Positions 40,669-50,544 of a DNA stretch of 64,000 bases are shown in pieces. The notes beneath the pieces were generated by a model that saw only the letters and a program-made list of their open reading frames with translations, did not search any database and had not been told where the DNA came from. Made by a program: the position numbers and the translations under genes. How positions within the stretch are numbered: position 1 is the first letter of the stretch; every line of letters starts with the position of its first letter. Source of the DNA: Terriglobia bacterium (GTDB taxonomy: Bacteria > Acidobacteriota > Polarisedimenticolia > Polarisedimenticolales > JAIQFR01); NCBI GenBank assembly GCA_963748015.1, contig CAVVHE010000008.1:320001-384000 (forward strand). Reading direction: 5' to 3'.

Positions 40669-42911
40669 GCGGGCTCTTTCGCGGCGGAGAGGGCGAGGCG
40701 GCGAATTTCGAGGCGGTTGTAGCCCGGGCTCGTCCGGACGAGCACCCGCTCCGGCGCGCACGCCGCGGGAATCTCGAACGACGCGAGATATGCGTGGCCC
40801 CGGTAGTACCGGACCGAAAGATCGTCCTGCCACCAGCTCTGGATCACGTTCGTCCCGGCGAGGTCGTGCTTCATGCGGTCCGAGATCTCGAGCCGCTCCG
40901 GCGCGGTCTCGGCCGTCTCGTACCCCGCCCGAATCTCGTAGGCGAGACCGTCACATCCCGGGCCGAGAGGCTCGAGCCGCGCCACGACCTCTCCGCGCGT
41001 CCGGTTCTCGCCGTTGAGGAGGAAGCTGACGAGATCGAGCCTGACGCGCTCGTCGGCGGAGCGGCGACGCGGGGGCGCGACCACGATCGCCGTCGGCCGC
41101 TCGGGGGTCGGGCCGCTCGGCGGCGGGCGCAGCGCGAACGAGGCCATGGACCCGGGATCGACTCGTCTCGGGAGCTCCGAAACGTCCGCCAGCAGGCGGC
41201 GGCGATCGTGCCCGTTTGCGACGGCGAGCACGCCGGCGGTCGCGAGGATCGCGCATGCCAATGTCAGCGCGACGGCGCGACGGGGCTCGATGCCGGGCAG
41301 GCGGGGCTTCTCCCGGGAGAGGAACACGATCCACAGCGCCAGCATGGTTACGAAGAACGCGACGCCGGCGAGCACGTTGGCCAGTTGGAGAACGCTTCCC
41401 TCCTTGAAGGCCGCGACGAAGCTGTCGACGACCGCCACCCGGTTCCAGCGGAACGCCCCCGCAAGCCCGGGGAAGAGGAGCTTCGGCGCCGCGACGAACT
41501 GGCGCGACAGCGCCGCCCCGAAGTCGGGGGTCTGGTTGTGGGGGATCCACTCGAGGCGGAACTGGACCATCAGGAGGAGGTTCCAGTAGACGAACGGCGA
41601 GGCGGCGAGGCCGGCCGCGACGAACCCAGCGCGGCGCGCGAGCCTCGCGACGACCAGCGCGAGGCCGACGCCGAGCACCGGCCACACGCTCAGGAAGTAG
41701 CGCGCGCCGAACGAGGCGCCTCCCCACCAGTACCCGTACGAGGCGATCGCCCACCACTCCAGCACGAGGATGACGAGGAGCCCCCGGAAGATGCGGGGAT
41801 GGGAGCGCCGCAGGAAGAAGATCCCCGCCGCCGCGAACAGCGCGAGCGGCGTCCAGGTGAAGAGCCCGTTGAAGCGCGAGAAGAGCACCTCGAGGATCGC
41901 GGGCCGGCTCCACCGGAAGGGGTCGCCGATGTCGGCGTAGACGTTGGGGAGCCACCGGCCGGTGGTGCGCACCCACGCCGCGACCTGCGGCGCGAACCCC
42001 GCGATCGCACCACCCGCGAGCGCTGCGCCCCCCTGAAGGACGCCGATCCACCGTCCCCGGCGCATCGAGCCGGCAAGGTCCATGGCCGGGAGGGCGAGGA
42101 AGAGGATGTCCTGCGGGTGCACCAGCGCGAGCGCCCCGCCGAGAAGGCCGAGCAGCGCGTACCGGAGCGCGCCGGGAGGGGCGTCGTCGCGGGACCACGC
42201 GAGCAGGAACGCGGCGACCAGGAAGGCGCTCGCGGCGTGCGGGTAGCCGGGCCAGACGTAGGCGAAGAAGGCCATCGGGCTCGCGAAGAGGAATGCCGTC
42301 ACGGCGATGGCCGAGGCGGGGCCGCCGGCGTAACGGCGCGCGAGGCGGTGGGTGAGCGCGACGGCGCCCACCGCGAGCATCATCGAGGACCACGTCGCCG
42401 CGCCGATTTCGAGAGGCCCGTATCCGTCGCCTCCCGGGAGGATCCCCAGGCGCCCCAGGAACGCCGCGAGGGGGTGGGCGAGCAGCGCCACGGGAGCCGC
42501 CAGGGTCGAGGTGCCGAGGTAGAAGATCGGGGCCGCCGGAGGGGGAAGGTACATGCCGTAGGGGTTGCGGAGGACGAACTCGTCGAAGAGATCGAGGTCC
42601 CCGTCCACGACCGCGGACCGCAGGTACCCGAAGTACCAGAGGGCGTCATGGACCAGCACGTTCTGGAAGAGGAACACGAAGCCGGCGGCGCACGCGCCGG
42701 CGAGCGCCGCGTACTCGAGGCGCGGCAGCTGCGACCGGTCGCCTCTCAGGTGGGTGCGTGCGAAGGAGAGCAGCGCGTAGACGAGCGCGCCGAAGAGGGC
42801 GAGGTCTCGGACGAACGGCCAGACCGCCGGGACCACCCGGGCGAGCACAAGGCCCGCGCAGAGCGCAGCGCCGCCGACCAGAAGCCGCGTCCCCCAGCGC
42901 GACACGATCAC
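40665..42911 (-). CDS. Multi-pass GT-C-like membrane glycosyltransferase
   Basis: D..WYFGYLRS.VVDGDLD.FDE, LFSRFNGLFTWTP, WWGGASFGARYF; many TM helices. Confidence 0.75.
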   Translation of the reverse strand: MIVSRWGTRLLVGGAALCAGLVLARVVPAVWPFVRDLALFGALVYALLSFARTHLRGDRSQLPRLEYAALAGACAAGFVFLFQNVLVHDALWYFGYLRSAVVDGDLDLFDEFVLRNPYGMYLPPPAAPIFYLGTSTLAAPVALLAHPLAAFLGRLGILPGGDGYGPLEIGAATWSSMMLAVGAVALTHRLARRYAGGPASAIAVTAFLFASPMAFFAYVWPGYPHAASAFLVAAFLLAWSRDDAPPGALRYALLGLLGGALALVHPQDILFLALPAMDLAGSMRRGRWIGVLQGGAALAGGAIAGFAPQVAAWVRTTGRWLPNVYADIGDPFRWSRPAILEVLFSRFNGLFTWTPLALFAAAGIFFLRRSHPRIFRGLLVILVLEWWAIASYGYWWGGASFGARYFLSVWPVLGVGLALVVARLARRAGFVAAGLAASPFVYWNLLLMVQFRLEWIPHNQTPDFGAALSRQFVAAPKLLFPGLAGAFRWNRVAVVDSFVAAFKEGSVLQLANVLAGVAFFVTMLALWIVFLSREKPRLPGIEPRRAVALTLACAILATAGVLAVANGHDRRRLLADVSELPRRVDPGSMASFALRPPPSGPTPERPTAIVVAPPRRRSADERVRLDLVSFLLNGENRTRGEVVARLEPLGPGCDGLAYEIRAGYETAETAPERLEISDRMKHDLAGTNVIQSWWQDDLSVRYYRGHAYLASFEIPAACAPERVLVRTSPGYNRLEIRRLALSAAKEPA

Positions 42912-42912
42912 C

Positions 42913-44253
42913 TCACGCGGCCAGGCTCTCCGCGAACCCCAGCCGGTGCGCGAGGTCCAGGGCCTGCCGGATCCCCTGCGCGGTGTTCCCGTACCAGAAC
43001 GCCCCCTGCCGCCCGCAGATCTCGAGGTTCGCGTAATGCTCGAGGTAACGTTCGACGACCTTGAGGTGATGGCGGTAGCCGACCCGGTAGACGGGGTACA
43101 CCGCTGCGAATCGAAGCACCCATGCCTCCTCCACCTCCGCTCGGGAACGGAGGAGGCCGATGCGCATCAGGTCGTCCACCGCGCGCGACACCTGCCGGTC
43201 GTCACTCTCTCGCCAGACCGCGTCGCCCGCCTCGCAGGCGATCTCGAGGCAGACGCCGGTCCGGCCGGGGGGCGCCATCGTGCCGCAGTAGTTGGTCGTC
43301 TCGCTCAGCCGGTTGAACCGGACGGCGGGGTCGGGAACGTAGATCCAGTGATCCTCGCTCAAGGATCGCCGGCGAATCCCGAGGTACACGGTGACCATTC
43401 CCCGATTCTTGAGCGCCGAAGCGGCCTTGGTCGCCCGCGGATCCGGGGCGGGATCGAGTGCGCGGAGAACGGCGGGAAGGGGAATCGTCGAGATCACGAG
43501 GTCCGCGGGAAGGTCGAGCCCCCGCGCCCCGCATGCCGCCTCGACCGCCTCGATCTTGCCCCCGCGATGACGCAGGCGGGAGGCGTGGTGCCCGAGGAGC
43601 AGGCGCCCTCCGGACTCGGTGAATCGCCGCGCGAGCCCCTCGGGGATCGCCATGAACCCGCCGCGCGGGTAGTGAAAGTCGTCCCAGGGATCGGTGCGAC
43701 CGGAAATTCTCTGGACGAGCTGCCTCAGGAAGCCGGTCCCGGGAACCGCCTCCGTCGCAAGGTCGCCGGACAGCTCCGACGGCGCGCAGCCGTGGAGCTT
43801 CAGGGTGTAGGGGCCGAAGAACGACTCGAACAGCGGCTCCCCGTAGCGCGCCACGATGTGCGTCCGGAAGTCGTCTCCTCGCGGCGTGACCGAGAGGCGG
43901 GCCGAGGCATAGCCGAGGAGCGTTCGGAGCGCGGTCCGCAGGGAGCCGCCAAGCACGTCGGATGGGTGAATCGGATAGCGATAGAAACGGCCGTCCAGGA
44001 GAATCCGGCTCACCTTGTGGCAGGAGATGAGCGGCTCGTCGAGGCAGGACTCGACCAGGCGCAGCACCTCGGCGTCGCGCGACCAGAGGCGATGCGAGAA
44101 GTAGTCGAAGGTGTACCCGCGTTCCCGGAACCCCGAGGCCAGCCCGCCCGGCCGGTCCGACGCCTCGAGGATCGTCGTCTCGGCGCCGCCGCGCGCCAGC
44201 GCGAGGCCGGCGGTCAGCCCCGCGATCCCCCCGCCGAGGACGACCGCCCTCAT
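42913..44253 (-). CDS. FAD-dependent oxidoreductase (UDP-galactopyranose mutase / HemY-like superfamily)
   Basis: VLGGGIAGL, E..RPGGL, FHYPRGG, WIYVPD, YPVY, GRQGAFWY. Confidence 0.85.
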   Translation of the reverse strand: MRAVVLGGGIAGLTAGLALARGGAETTILEASDRPGGLASGFRERGYTFDYFSHRLWSRDAEVLRLVESCLDEPLISCHKVSRILLDGRFYRYPIHPSDVLGGSLRTALRTLLGYASARLSVTPRGDDFRTHIVARYGEPLFESFFGPYTLKLHGCAPSELSGDLATEAVPGTGFLRQLVQRISGRTDPWDDFHYPRGGFMAIPEGLARRFTESGGRLLLGHHASRLRHRGGKIEAVEAACGARGLDLPADLVISTIPLPAVLRALDPAPDPRATKAASALKNRGMVTVYLGIRRRSLSEDHWIYVPDPAVRFNRLSETTNYCGTMAPPGRTGVCLEIACEAGDAVWRESDDRQVSRAVDDLMRIGLLRSRAEVEEAWVLRFAAVYPVYRVGYRHHLKVVERYLEHYANLEICGRQGAFWYGNTAQGIRQALDLAHRLGFAESLAA

Positions 44254-44365
44254 GCGACCGCCACGCGGCCCGGAAGAAAGACGCGTCCCCGTCCCGGCAT
44301 CACGTCCGGATCATACCGGATGGCCGCGTCTTCGAGGAGGGGCACCGCCGGAGTCTCGCGGACCG

Positions 44366-45678
44366 TCAACGCTGCCGGAACGAGCTCACCCTGATGGGGA
44401 AGCCGAACTGTGCCTTGTTGATGGCGTCGCTGCAGTAGGCCGTGTCGTGGGTTCCGTTGCCGTCGTCGTAGAACGTGGCGACGCCGAAGCCGTTCGTCCC
44501 TCCGGTGCAGTCGTCGCCGTTGCCGTAGACGCCGTCGGGTCCGGCGATGTTCGCCGACCAGCACCGCCCCGATCGTGTCGCCGTTGCCGCCTCCGTTGGA
44601 GCTGGAACCCGCCGCCGGTGCCGATGGCGAGGATGATCCCCTCCCAGGACATTTCCCCGGAAACGGTGAGCGTTCCGGTCACCCACAGCACGCCCCTGCC
44701 GGTGAGGTTGCCGCTGAAGGTCAGGTTTCCGTCCACGAAGGTGACGGTGCTGATCGTGGTGGAGGCCCAGTGGTTGCAGGGCGCGGAAGGGGTGCAGACG
44801 TAATCGGCCGCGGCCCTGACGTCGTCGGCGAGGTTATGCAGATCCTGGCAGGTGGTCCAGGTGGGATCGATCGTGCTGCTCACGTCCGACACCGTGGCGA
44901 GCCCGGTGGCCCCGCCGGAGGTGTAGTTGGCCGGCTTCTGGACTCCCGTCTCCGCGCTCGCTTCCGACGCGGTGCCGATCGTGCCGACGACGGGGACGCT
45001 CAGCCCGGGAATGCCCGTGTAGCCGCTCGCGCCCGAGCAGTCGTCCCCCGTGAAATCCTTCGCGTTGCTGTTCCCGCCGTCGAAGTTGGCGGTGGGGCCG
45101 AGAAGGGTGATTGCGGAGGGGAATGGCGGGAAGCGTCTGCGGGTGACGATCGCCTGGACGATTTCGACCGACTGGTTTCGGCCCGCGCCGATCGCGGTGA
45201 TCATCACCCGCTTGTTCGAATCGGTGAGGCTCGTCTTCCCGTCGATCGGGTCGTTCGTCAGGAAGGCGGCGTAGTAGCCGCCGCCGAACGTGGTCGCGGC
45301 CTTGATGGGGGCGTCGTCGCCGTATCCGGTGAAGCCCGTCACGTTGCCGTTCGCGTCGTAGGTCGGCTTGAGGTTCGCCTCGTTGAAGTTGATGGCGTGG
45401 TTGGAGCCGGAGGCCGCATAGAGCTCGTCGCTCAGGCTCTTGGGGTTCGCGGAGGCGAGGTTGTTCAACCGGAGCTGCTCGCGGCCGGCCTCGAGACCGG
45501 CCTCGGCGATGAAGAAGGCCTTCTTCGTGCGGATCCCGGCCTGGTTCATCTTGGCGTCCGAGTCCGCAACGAACAGCAGCGTGATCCCCATCGTGGTGAG
45601 GAGGAGCAGCACGATGGCCGCCATGACGAGGGCCGACCCCTTCTGCTCTTCGTACCGCGGAAGCCGGGGCGTGCTCAT
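44366..45678 (-). CDS. pilX: PilX-like type IV pilus assembly protein; two apparent +1 frameshifts (~44601 and ~44556)
   Basis: KGSALVMAAIVLLLLT, AFFIAEAGLE; removing single bases gives FQ-SNGGGNGDTIGAVLV-ANIAGPDG...SSFRQR*. Confidence 0.75.
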
Positions 45679-46262
45679 AGTTTCCCTCTCAACGCGACGA
45701 CGTCGCTCACCGTGTACCGGATGAACTGGCCCGACCGCGGATCCCTCGACGGGGACTGGGTCGTGATCTTCACGGTGATCTTCGTCGGCGCCGTGGTCGA
45801 GTCCGGGGTGAACATCAGCTCGGCGGTGCCGTCCCCGTTCGCGTCGTTGGTGACACCGTCCGCCAGGACGACGAGCGTTCCCCCCGTGGACTTCCGCCAT
45901 TCCAACTGCGTCCCGTTGAGCTGGATCAGCACGTCCTCGCCGTCGTCCGAGGTGTCGCCGTCCTCGTTGAGATCGGCGAAGATCTCGATGTGGTCGGCGG
46001 ACGCCGGGTCGGAGGCGTTGAGCGTGAGCGCGGAGAACCCCGTCTTCAGGGGGTCCCAGCCCGCGGTGCGGATCGCGCTCGTGGCCAGCTCGAGGCAGTT
46101 CCTCGCGTCGGCCTGGACCGCCATCGCCATCTGCTGCGAGCGGTTGAGCCGCGAGCTGTCGAGGAGGAGCGGTGCGATCCCTCCGATCGCGAGGGAGAGG
46201 ACCGCGAGGCTGACCAGCATCTCGACGAGGGTGAAGCCCGCCTGCCGCCGATCGGTGGTCAC
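45675..46262 (-). CDS. pilW: PilW-like minor pilin
   Basis: Prepilin cleavage site QAG|FTLVEMLVSL, IRTAG; position between pilV-like and pilX-like genes. Confidence 0.8.
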   Translation of the reverse strand: MTTDRRQAGFTLVEMLVSLAVLSLAIGGIAPLLLDSSRLNRSQQMAMAVQADARNCLELATSAIRTAGWDPLKTGFSALTLNASDPASADHIEIFADLNEDGDTSDDGEDVLIQLNGTQLEWRKSTGGTLVVLADGVTNDANGDGTAELMFTPDSTTAPTKITVKITTQSPSRDPRSGQFIRYTVSDVVALRGKL

Positions 46263-46657
46263 TTCACCCTCCTGTAGGTGAGCTCCACCACCTTGGCGGG
46301 GCCCTCGGGCTGCCGCATCGAGATCGCCCGCACGACGACGGTCTTGATGGTCGTCGGCGTCGCGTTGTTCGTCACGGTCCAGCGCACGGTCGAGCGGGGG
46401 TCGCTCGTGTCGAAGAAGCCCGTGACGTTCGAGGTGAGGCTCCCTCCCGCGGCGAGCGAATTGAAGTCCACCGTCCGCAGCATCTCCATCCGCCGGACCG
46501 CGAGGGCGCCCGCCGTGCCGTAGTCGGCCGAGGCGGCCGTTTCCCTCGTCGCGAACACGAACAGCGGCGCGACCGAGAGGACGCCGAAGCCGAGGAGGAC
46601 GACGGCGACCAGCACCTCGACCAGGGAGAAACCCGACTGGTTTCGTACCTTCGTCAT
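46259..46657 (-). CDS. pilV: PilV-like minor pilin
   Basis: QSG|FSLVEVLVAV, LAVRRMEMLR; ATGA overlap with the upstream gene. Confidence 0.8.
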   Translation of the reverse strand: MTKVRNQSGFSLVEVLVAVVLLGFGVLSVAPLFVFATRETAASADYGTAGALAVRRMEMLRTVDFNSLAAGGSLTSNVTGFFDTSDPRSTVRWTVTNNATPTTIKTVVVRAISMRQPEGPAKVVELTYRRVK

Positions 46658-47214
46658 GATCCGATCACCCACGCGGAGCCGTTCCACCGGTCGAGGCGGA
46701 CGCCACCCGCGCCGAAGAGCGTGAGCTGCTCGAAGCGCTCGCCACCACGCACCGAGACCACGCCGGCCCCCTGAGAGACGGCGCCGTCCGAGGTGAAGGT
46801 CGCCTGGTACAGGGTGCCGCCCGGGGAGTAGAGCGTCACCGGCGTGGAGCCGTCGGGCCGCTCGAAGGAGATCTTCGCCGACACCGTGACGTCGGAAAGG
46901 ACGACGTCGTCCGTGCTGGTCGAGACGTCGTTGAGGTCGATCACCTGGACCCGGCGGGTGGCCGTGTCCACGGTGAACCTGCAGACGCGGTTACGGCTCA
47001 CCGCCTGCATTCGGGCGAGCTGCATCTGCGTCTGGATCGAGTAGACGGCGCTGCGAGCCGCTTCGCGGCCGATCCATGCGACGGTCGTCGTTATCGCCGC
47101 GACCAGCACCAGCGCGCCGATGGAGAGGACCATGAGGAGCTCGAAGAGGGTCATGCCCCGCTCGGAGCGCCGCCCCGAATCCGATTGCGCCTTGCTACCC
47201 AAAGGTTCTCGCAA
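46654..47214 (-). CDS. fimT: FimT/GspH-like minor pilin (start uncertain)
   Basis: ERG|MTLFELLMVL, MQLARMQAVSRN, TFTSDG. Confidence 0.75.
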   Translation of the reverse strand: MREPLGSKAQSDSGRRSERGMTLFELLMVLSIGALVLVAAITTTVAWIGREAARSAVYSIQTQMQLARMQAVSRNRVCRFTVDTATRRVQVIDLNDVSTSTDDVVLSDVTVSAKISFERPDGSTPVTLYSPGGTLYQATFTSDGAVSQGAGVVSVRGGERFEQLTLFGAGGVRLDRWNGSAWVIGS

Positions 47215-47632
47215 CGCTTCCCCCGCTGGCGGAACGCCAATCTGTCCGGGCCCGCACGAAGCCACTTGCAGTTCCCGCTCCAACCCCACTTGCGGACTCC
47301 GGGCTCGCGCGGTCAAACTTAGGGTCCCGATCCCCGGGAGTCAACCGCGCGGAGGCCACGGAAACTCCCGTCCGGCTTGGCGTTCCCGCGTTTTTCGTGG
47401 GTCGGCCCGCGCGCGATCCGGAAACCGCCGTGCGGCCCCGCTGGCGCCGGTTTGGGGGAGAGAGCCGCCGTCCCGCGCGCGCGATTTCGTGCCCCTGATC
47501 GTCAGATCGATGACGCTTTCGTATCCGCCCGGCGAGCCGTGGCGGCGCGGGTTGGGGTACCCTTTAGGTCCCGTCACGGAATTCCCGGTCCCCGGGGAAG
47601 CGGAGCGCGCCGGAATGCCCTGGAACGCGTCG

Positions 47633-48706
47633 ATGCCGAAGTTGAAGGCCGCGGGGAAATCCGCGCTCGTCATTGCCGGGGTCACGGTGCTCGTCTTCGC
47701 GTTGCTGGAGGGATTCTCGAGCCTCGTCCTCCTCGTCAACGACGTCGCGCGGTACTCGCGGCGGCCCCTGACCGCGCACTCGCACTTCGACCCGCTTCTC
47801 GGCTGGGCGAGCACGCCGAACGTGGACCTCCCCGACCTGTACGGTCCCGGCGCCCACTTCAGGACGAACTCGCAGGGGTTCCGCAACGACCGCGATTTCC
47901 CGGTGGACGTGCCGGCGGGGAAATTCCGGATCGTCTGCTCGGGGGATTCGTTCACGCTCGGCCACGGGGTGAGCAACGACGAGGCGTGGTGCCAGGCGCT
48001 CGCCGGCCTCGATCGCCGCCTCGAGACGGTCAACATGGGGCAGGGGGGATACGGTCTCGACCAGGCCTACCTCTGGTACCTGCGCGACGGGACGCCGCTC
48101 CGCCACGACCTCCTTCTCTTCGCGTTCATCACCGAGGACTTCTTCCGGGTCGCGCAGGACAACTTCGTCGGGTACGCGAAGCCGGTTCTCGGCGTCCGTG
48201 ACGGCAAGCTGGTCCCCACCAACGTCCCGCTGCCGAAGCGCTCCTACTACCTCCCCTGGCTGACGCGAAACGCGGGGCTCTTCTACCGTCTGAGAACGCT
48301 GCAGCTGGTCAAGGCGCTGCTCGGCCAGTCCTCCGCGGGAGCCGCCGGGCCGCCCGCGCCCGATCTCAGGCGGGCCGCGGAGGTCGCCTCCCGGATCTTC
48401 GGCGAGCTGCAGAGGGTCACCCGCGAGAAGGGGACCGCGCTGGCGCTCGTCTACCTCCCGGTGCTGTCGGACTATTCCGATCCGGCATCCGATCGCTGGC
48501 GCGAGTTCGTGCGCCGGGATGCCGAGCGGCGCGGGATCCCGTTCATCGACCTCGTCGAGGAGCTGAGGAAGGTCCCGCCGGACGAGGCGCGCCGCCTCTT
48601 CAAGGACCACTTCTCGGTGGACGGAAACCGCTTCGTCGCGACAACGATCCACTCCCGCCTCTCGAGCCTCCCCGGCGTTTCGAACCGCCTGCAGGGCGCG
48701 CCCTAG
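47633..48706 (+). CDS. SGNH/GDSL-like hydrolase or acyltransferase with an N-terminal anchor
   Basis: DPLLGW, TNSQGFR, GDSFTLG, NMGQGGYG, DHFSVDGN. Confidence 0.8.
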   Translation: MPKLKAAGKSALVIAGVTVLVFALLEGFSSLVLLVNDVARYSRRPLTAHSHFDPLLGWASTPNVDLPDLYGPGAHFRTNSQGFRNDRDFPVDVPAGKFRIVCSGDSFTLGHGVSNDEAWCQALAGLDRRLETVNMGQGGYGLDQAYLWYLRDGTPLRHDLLLFAFITEDFFRVAQDNFVGYAKPVLGVRDGKLVPTNVPLPKRSYYLPWLTRNAGLFYRLRTLQLVKALLGQSSAGAAGPPAPDLRRAAEVASRIFGELQRVTREKGTALALVYLPVLSDYSDPASDRWREFVRRDAERRGIPFIDLVEELRKVPPDEARRLFKDHFSVDGNRFVATTIHSRLSSLPGVSNRLQGAP

Positions 48707-48754
48707 CCTCGGAGCCGTTTTCTGCTCGAAAGTAGCGCGAAGGCCGAAGAGGCC

Positions 48755-48781
48755 TAAATTACCAACATCCCGGGCCGATAA
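48755..48781 (+). promoter_or_regulatory. Sigma28 (FliA) promoter
   Basis: Perfect TAAA-N15-GCCGATAA upstream of fliL. Confidence 0.9.
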
Positions 48782-48848
48782 GCAGAGGGGCGGCGGAATG
48801 CCCGCTGTCCGGGTTGTGACCGTTGAGACGGGGATGGAGGAGCCCTTC

Positions 48849-49382
48849 ATGGCCGAAGCCGACGCAGAAGCCGCACCGCCGCAAGAGAAATCCAAGACCG
48901 GCAAGAAGGGACTCGTCCTCGCTCTCGTCGGCGTCGTGGTCCTGCTCGGCGCCGGCGCGGGGGGCGCCTACATCTGGATGTCGAAGGGCTCGGGGAAGCC
49001 CGCCGCCCCGGCCGCGCCCGCGGGCGAGGGAGCGCACGCCGGCAAGGGCGAGGCGAAGGAGAAGGGCGGTTCTCACGGCGTCCTGTCCCTCGAGTCGTTC
49101 ATCGCGAACCTCGCCGATCCCGAGGGGGACCGCTACATCAAGTGCACCATGCGTCTCGTGCTCGACCGGGCCGAGGCGGCGGAGACCGTGAAGTCCGACG
49201 ACCTGGCGATCACCCGGGTCCGGGACCGCGTCCTGACGCTCCTGTCGAGCAAGACGTTCGCGCAGGTCGCCACCACGGAAGGGAAGGAGTCGCTCCGCAA
49301 GGAGATCCAGGAGCAGGTGAGCTCCGTCCTGCACGACGCGGCCGTGTCGGAGGTCTACTACACCGAGTTCATCGTCCAGTAG
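48849..49382 (+). CDS. fliL: Flagellar basal-body protein FliL
   Basis: Single TM; FIANLAD..RYIK, RVRDRVL..LSSK, EGKE.LR.EI, VYYTEFIVQ. Confidence 0.95.
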   Translation: MAEADAEAAPPQEKSKTGKKGLVLALVGVVVLLGAGAGGAYIWMSKGSGKPAAPAAPAGEGAHAGKGEAKEKGGSHGVLSLESFIANLADPEGDRYIKCTMRLVLDRAEAAETVKSDDLAITRVRDRVLTLLSSKTFAQVATTEGKESLRKEIQEQVSSVLHDAAVSEVYYTEFIVQ

Positions 49383-49408
49383 CGGGGCCGCCGCGGCCGA
49401 GGTGCGAC

Positions 49409-49723
49409 ATGATCCGTCTCTCGCGTCTCAACCACCAGGAGATCGCGATCAACTGCGATCTCATCGAGTACGTCGAGGCCAAGCCCGACACGACCGTGAG
49501 GCTCATCACGGGGGACAGCATCCTCGTCCTCGAGAGCGTGGAAGAGGTCATCCGGCGCATCACCGAGTTCCGGAGGAACCTGATGAGCTCCGCCGGGCTC
49601 GCGGCGCTGTTCACCTCGGGCTGGCGTCCGACCACGGCGGCGCTCCGCCGCCGCGAGGACGGTGACGCGAGCCGGTTCTCCGCGGCAGGGGGCGGCGGCG
49701 AGCAAGGGGGGAGCGAGCGGTGA
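49409..49723 (+). CDS. flbD: Flagellar FlbD/SwrD family protein
   Basis: MIRLSRLN..IAINCDLIEYVEAKPDTTVRL..G..VLESVEEV. Confidence 0.9.
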   Translation: MIRLSRLNHQEIAINCDLIEYVEAKPDTTVRLITGDSILVLESVEEVIRRITEFRRNLMSSAGLAALFTSGWRPTTAALRRREDGDASRFSAAGGGGEQGGSER

Positions 49724-50532
49724 AGAAGTTCGACATCGCCACCCTGATCGGGCTGACCCTCGCCGTGGGCGGAATCCTGGTCGGCAACGCCCTCGAGGGC
49801 GGCAAGGTCAGCTCCATCCTCCAGCCCACCGCGGCGCTGATCGTCTTCGGCGGAACCCTCGGCGCGGTCTTCGTCACGTACCCGCTGCCGATCGTGATGC
49901 GCGGCTTCAAGGCGGCCGCGCTGATCTTCGGGAACCGGTCCTCCAACCCGCGAGGCCTGCTCGACGAGATCGTCCGCTACGCCCAGAAGGCCAGAAAGGA
50001 GGGGATCATCTCCCTCGAGGCCGAGGTCCGGAACGCCTCGGACCCCTTCCTGAAGCGCGCCATCCTCATGGCCATCGACGGCGTGGACTCCAAGACGATG
50101 CAGGAGACGCTCGAGCTCGAGCTGCACGAGATGGACGAGCAGGGGGAGCTGTCGGCGAAGGTGTACGAGGCGGCCGGCGGCTACGCCCCGACCATCGGCA
50201 TCCTCGGCGCGGTCCTCGGGCTGATCCACGTCATGCAGAACCTCTCGGACGTCTCCAAGGTCGGCGAGGGGATCGCCGTGGCGTTCGTCGCCACGATCTA
50301 CGGCGTCGGCTCGGCGAACATCCTGTTCCTGCCCGCGGGCGGCAAGCTCAAGGTGAAGCACCGCGAGGAGATGGTCCTGCGCGAGATGATGATGTACGGC
50401 GCCATCGCGATCCAGGAAGGGCAGAACCCGAAGCTCATCGAGGACAAGCTCTCGGCGTTCCTCCAGGAGAAGCCCAAGCCGGCCTCGGCGGCCGAGGCGG
50501 GCAAGAAGGCCGCGCCTCGGGCCGCGGCGTAA
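49720..50532 (+). CDS. motA: Flagellar stator protein MotA
   Basis: LIVFGGT, ARKEGIISLE, GGYAPTIGILGAVLGLI, AFVATIYGV, IQEGQNP. Confidence 0.95.
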   Translation: MKKFDIATLIGLTLAVGGILVGNALEGGKVSSILQPTAALIVFGGTLGAVFVTYPLPIVMRGFKAAALIFGNRSSNPRGLLDEIVRYAQKARKEGIISLEAEVRNASDPFLKRAILMAIDGVDSKTMQETLELELHEMDEQGELSAKVYEAAGGYAPTIGILGAVLGLIHVMQNLSDVSKVGEGIAVAFVATIYGVGSANILFLPAGGKLKVKHREEMVLREMMMYGAIAIQEGQNPKLIEDKLSAFLQEKPKPASAAEAGKKAAPRAAA

Positions 50533-50544
50533 GGACGCGCCGCC

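Noticed and set aside
47215..47632. Possible c-di-GMP riboswitch or sigma54 promoter upstream of the minor pilins; short CCACTTGC repeat
   Set aside because: No convincing GEMM core; the GG-N10-GC matches lack TGGCAC/TTGC context and are expected by chance at this GC content.
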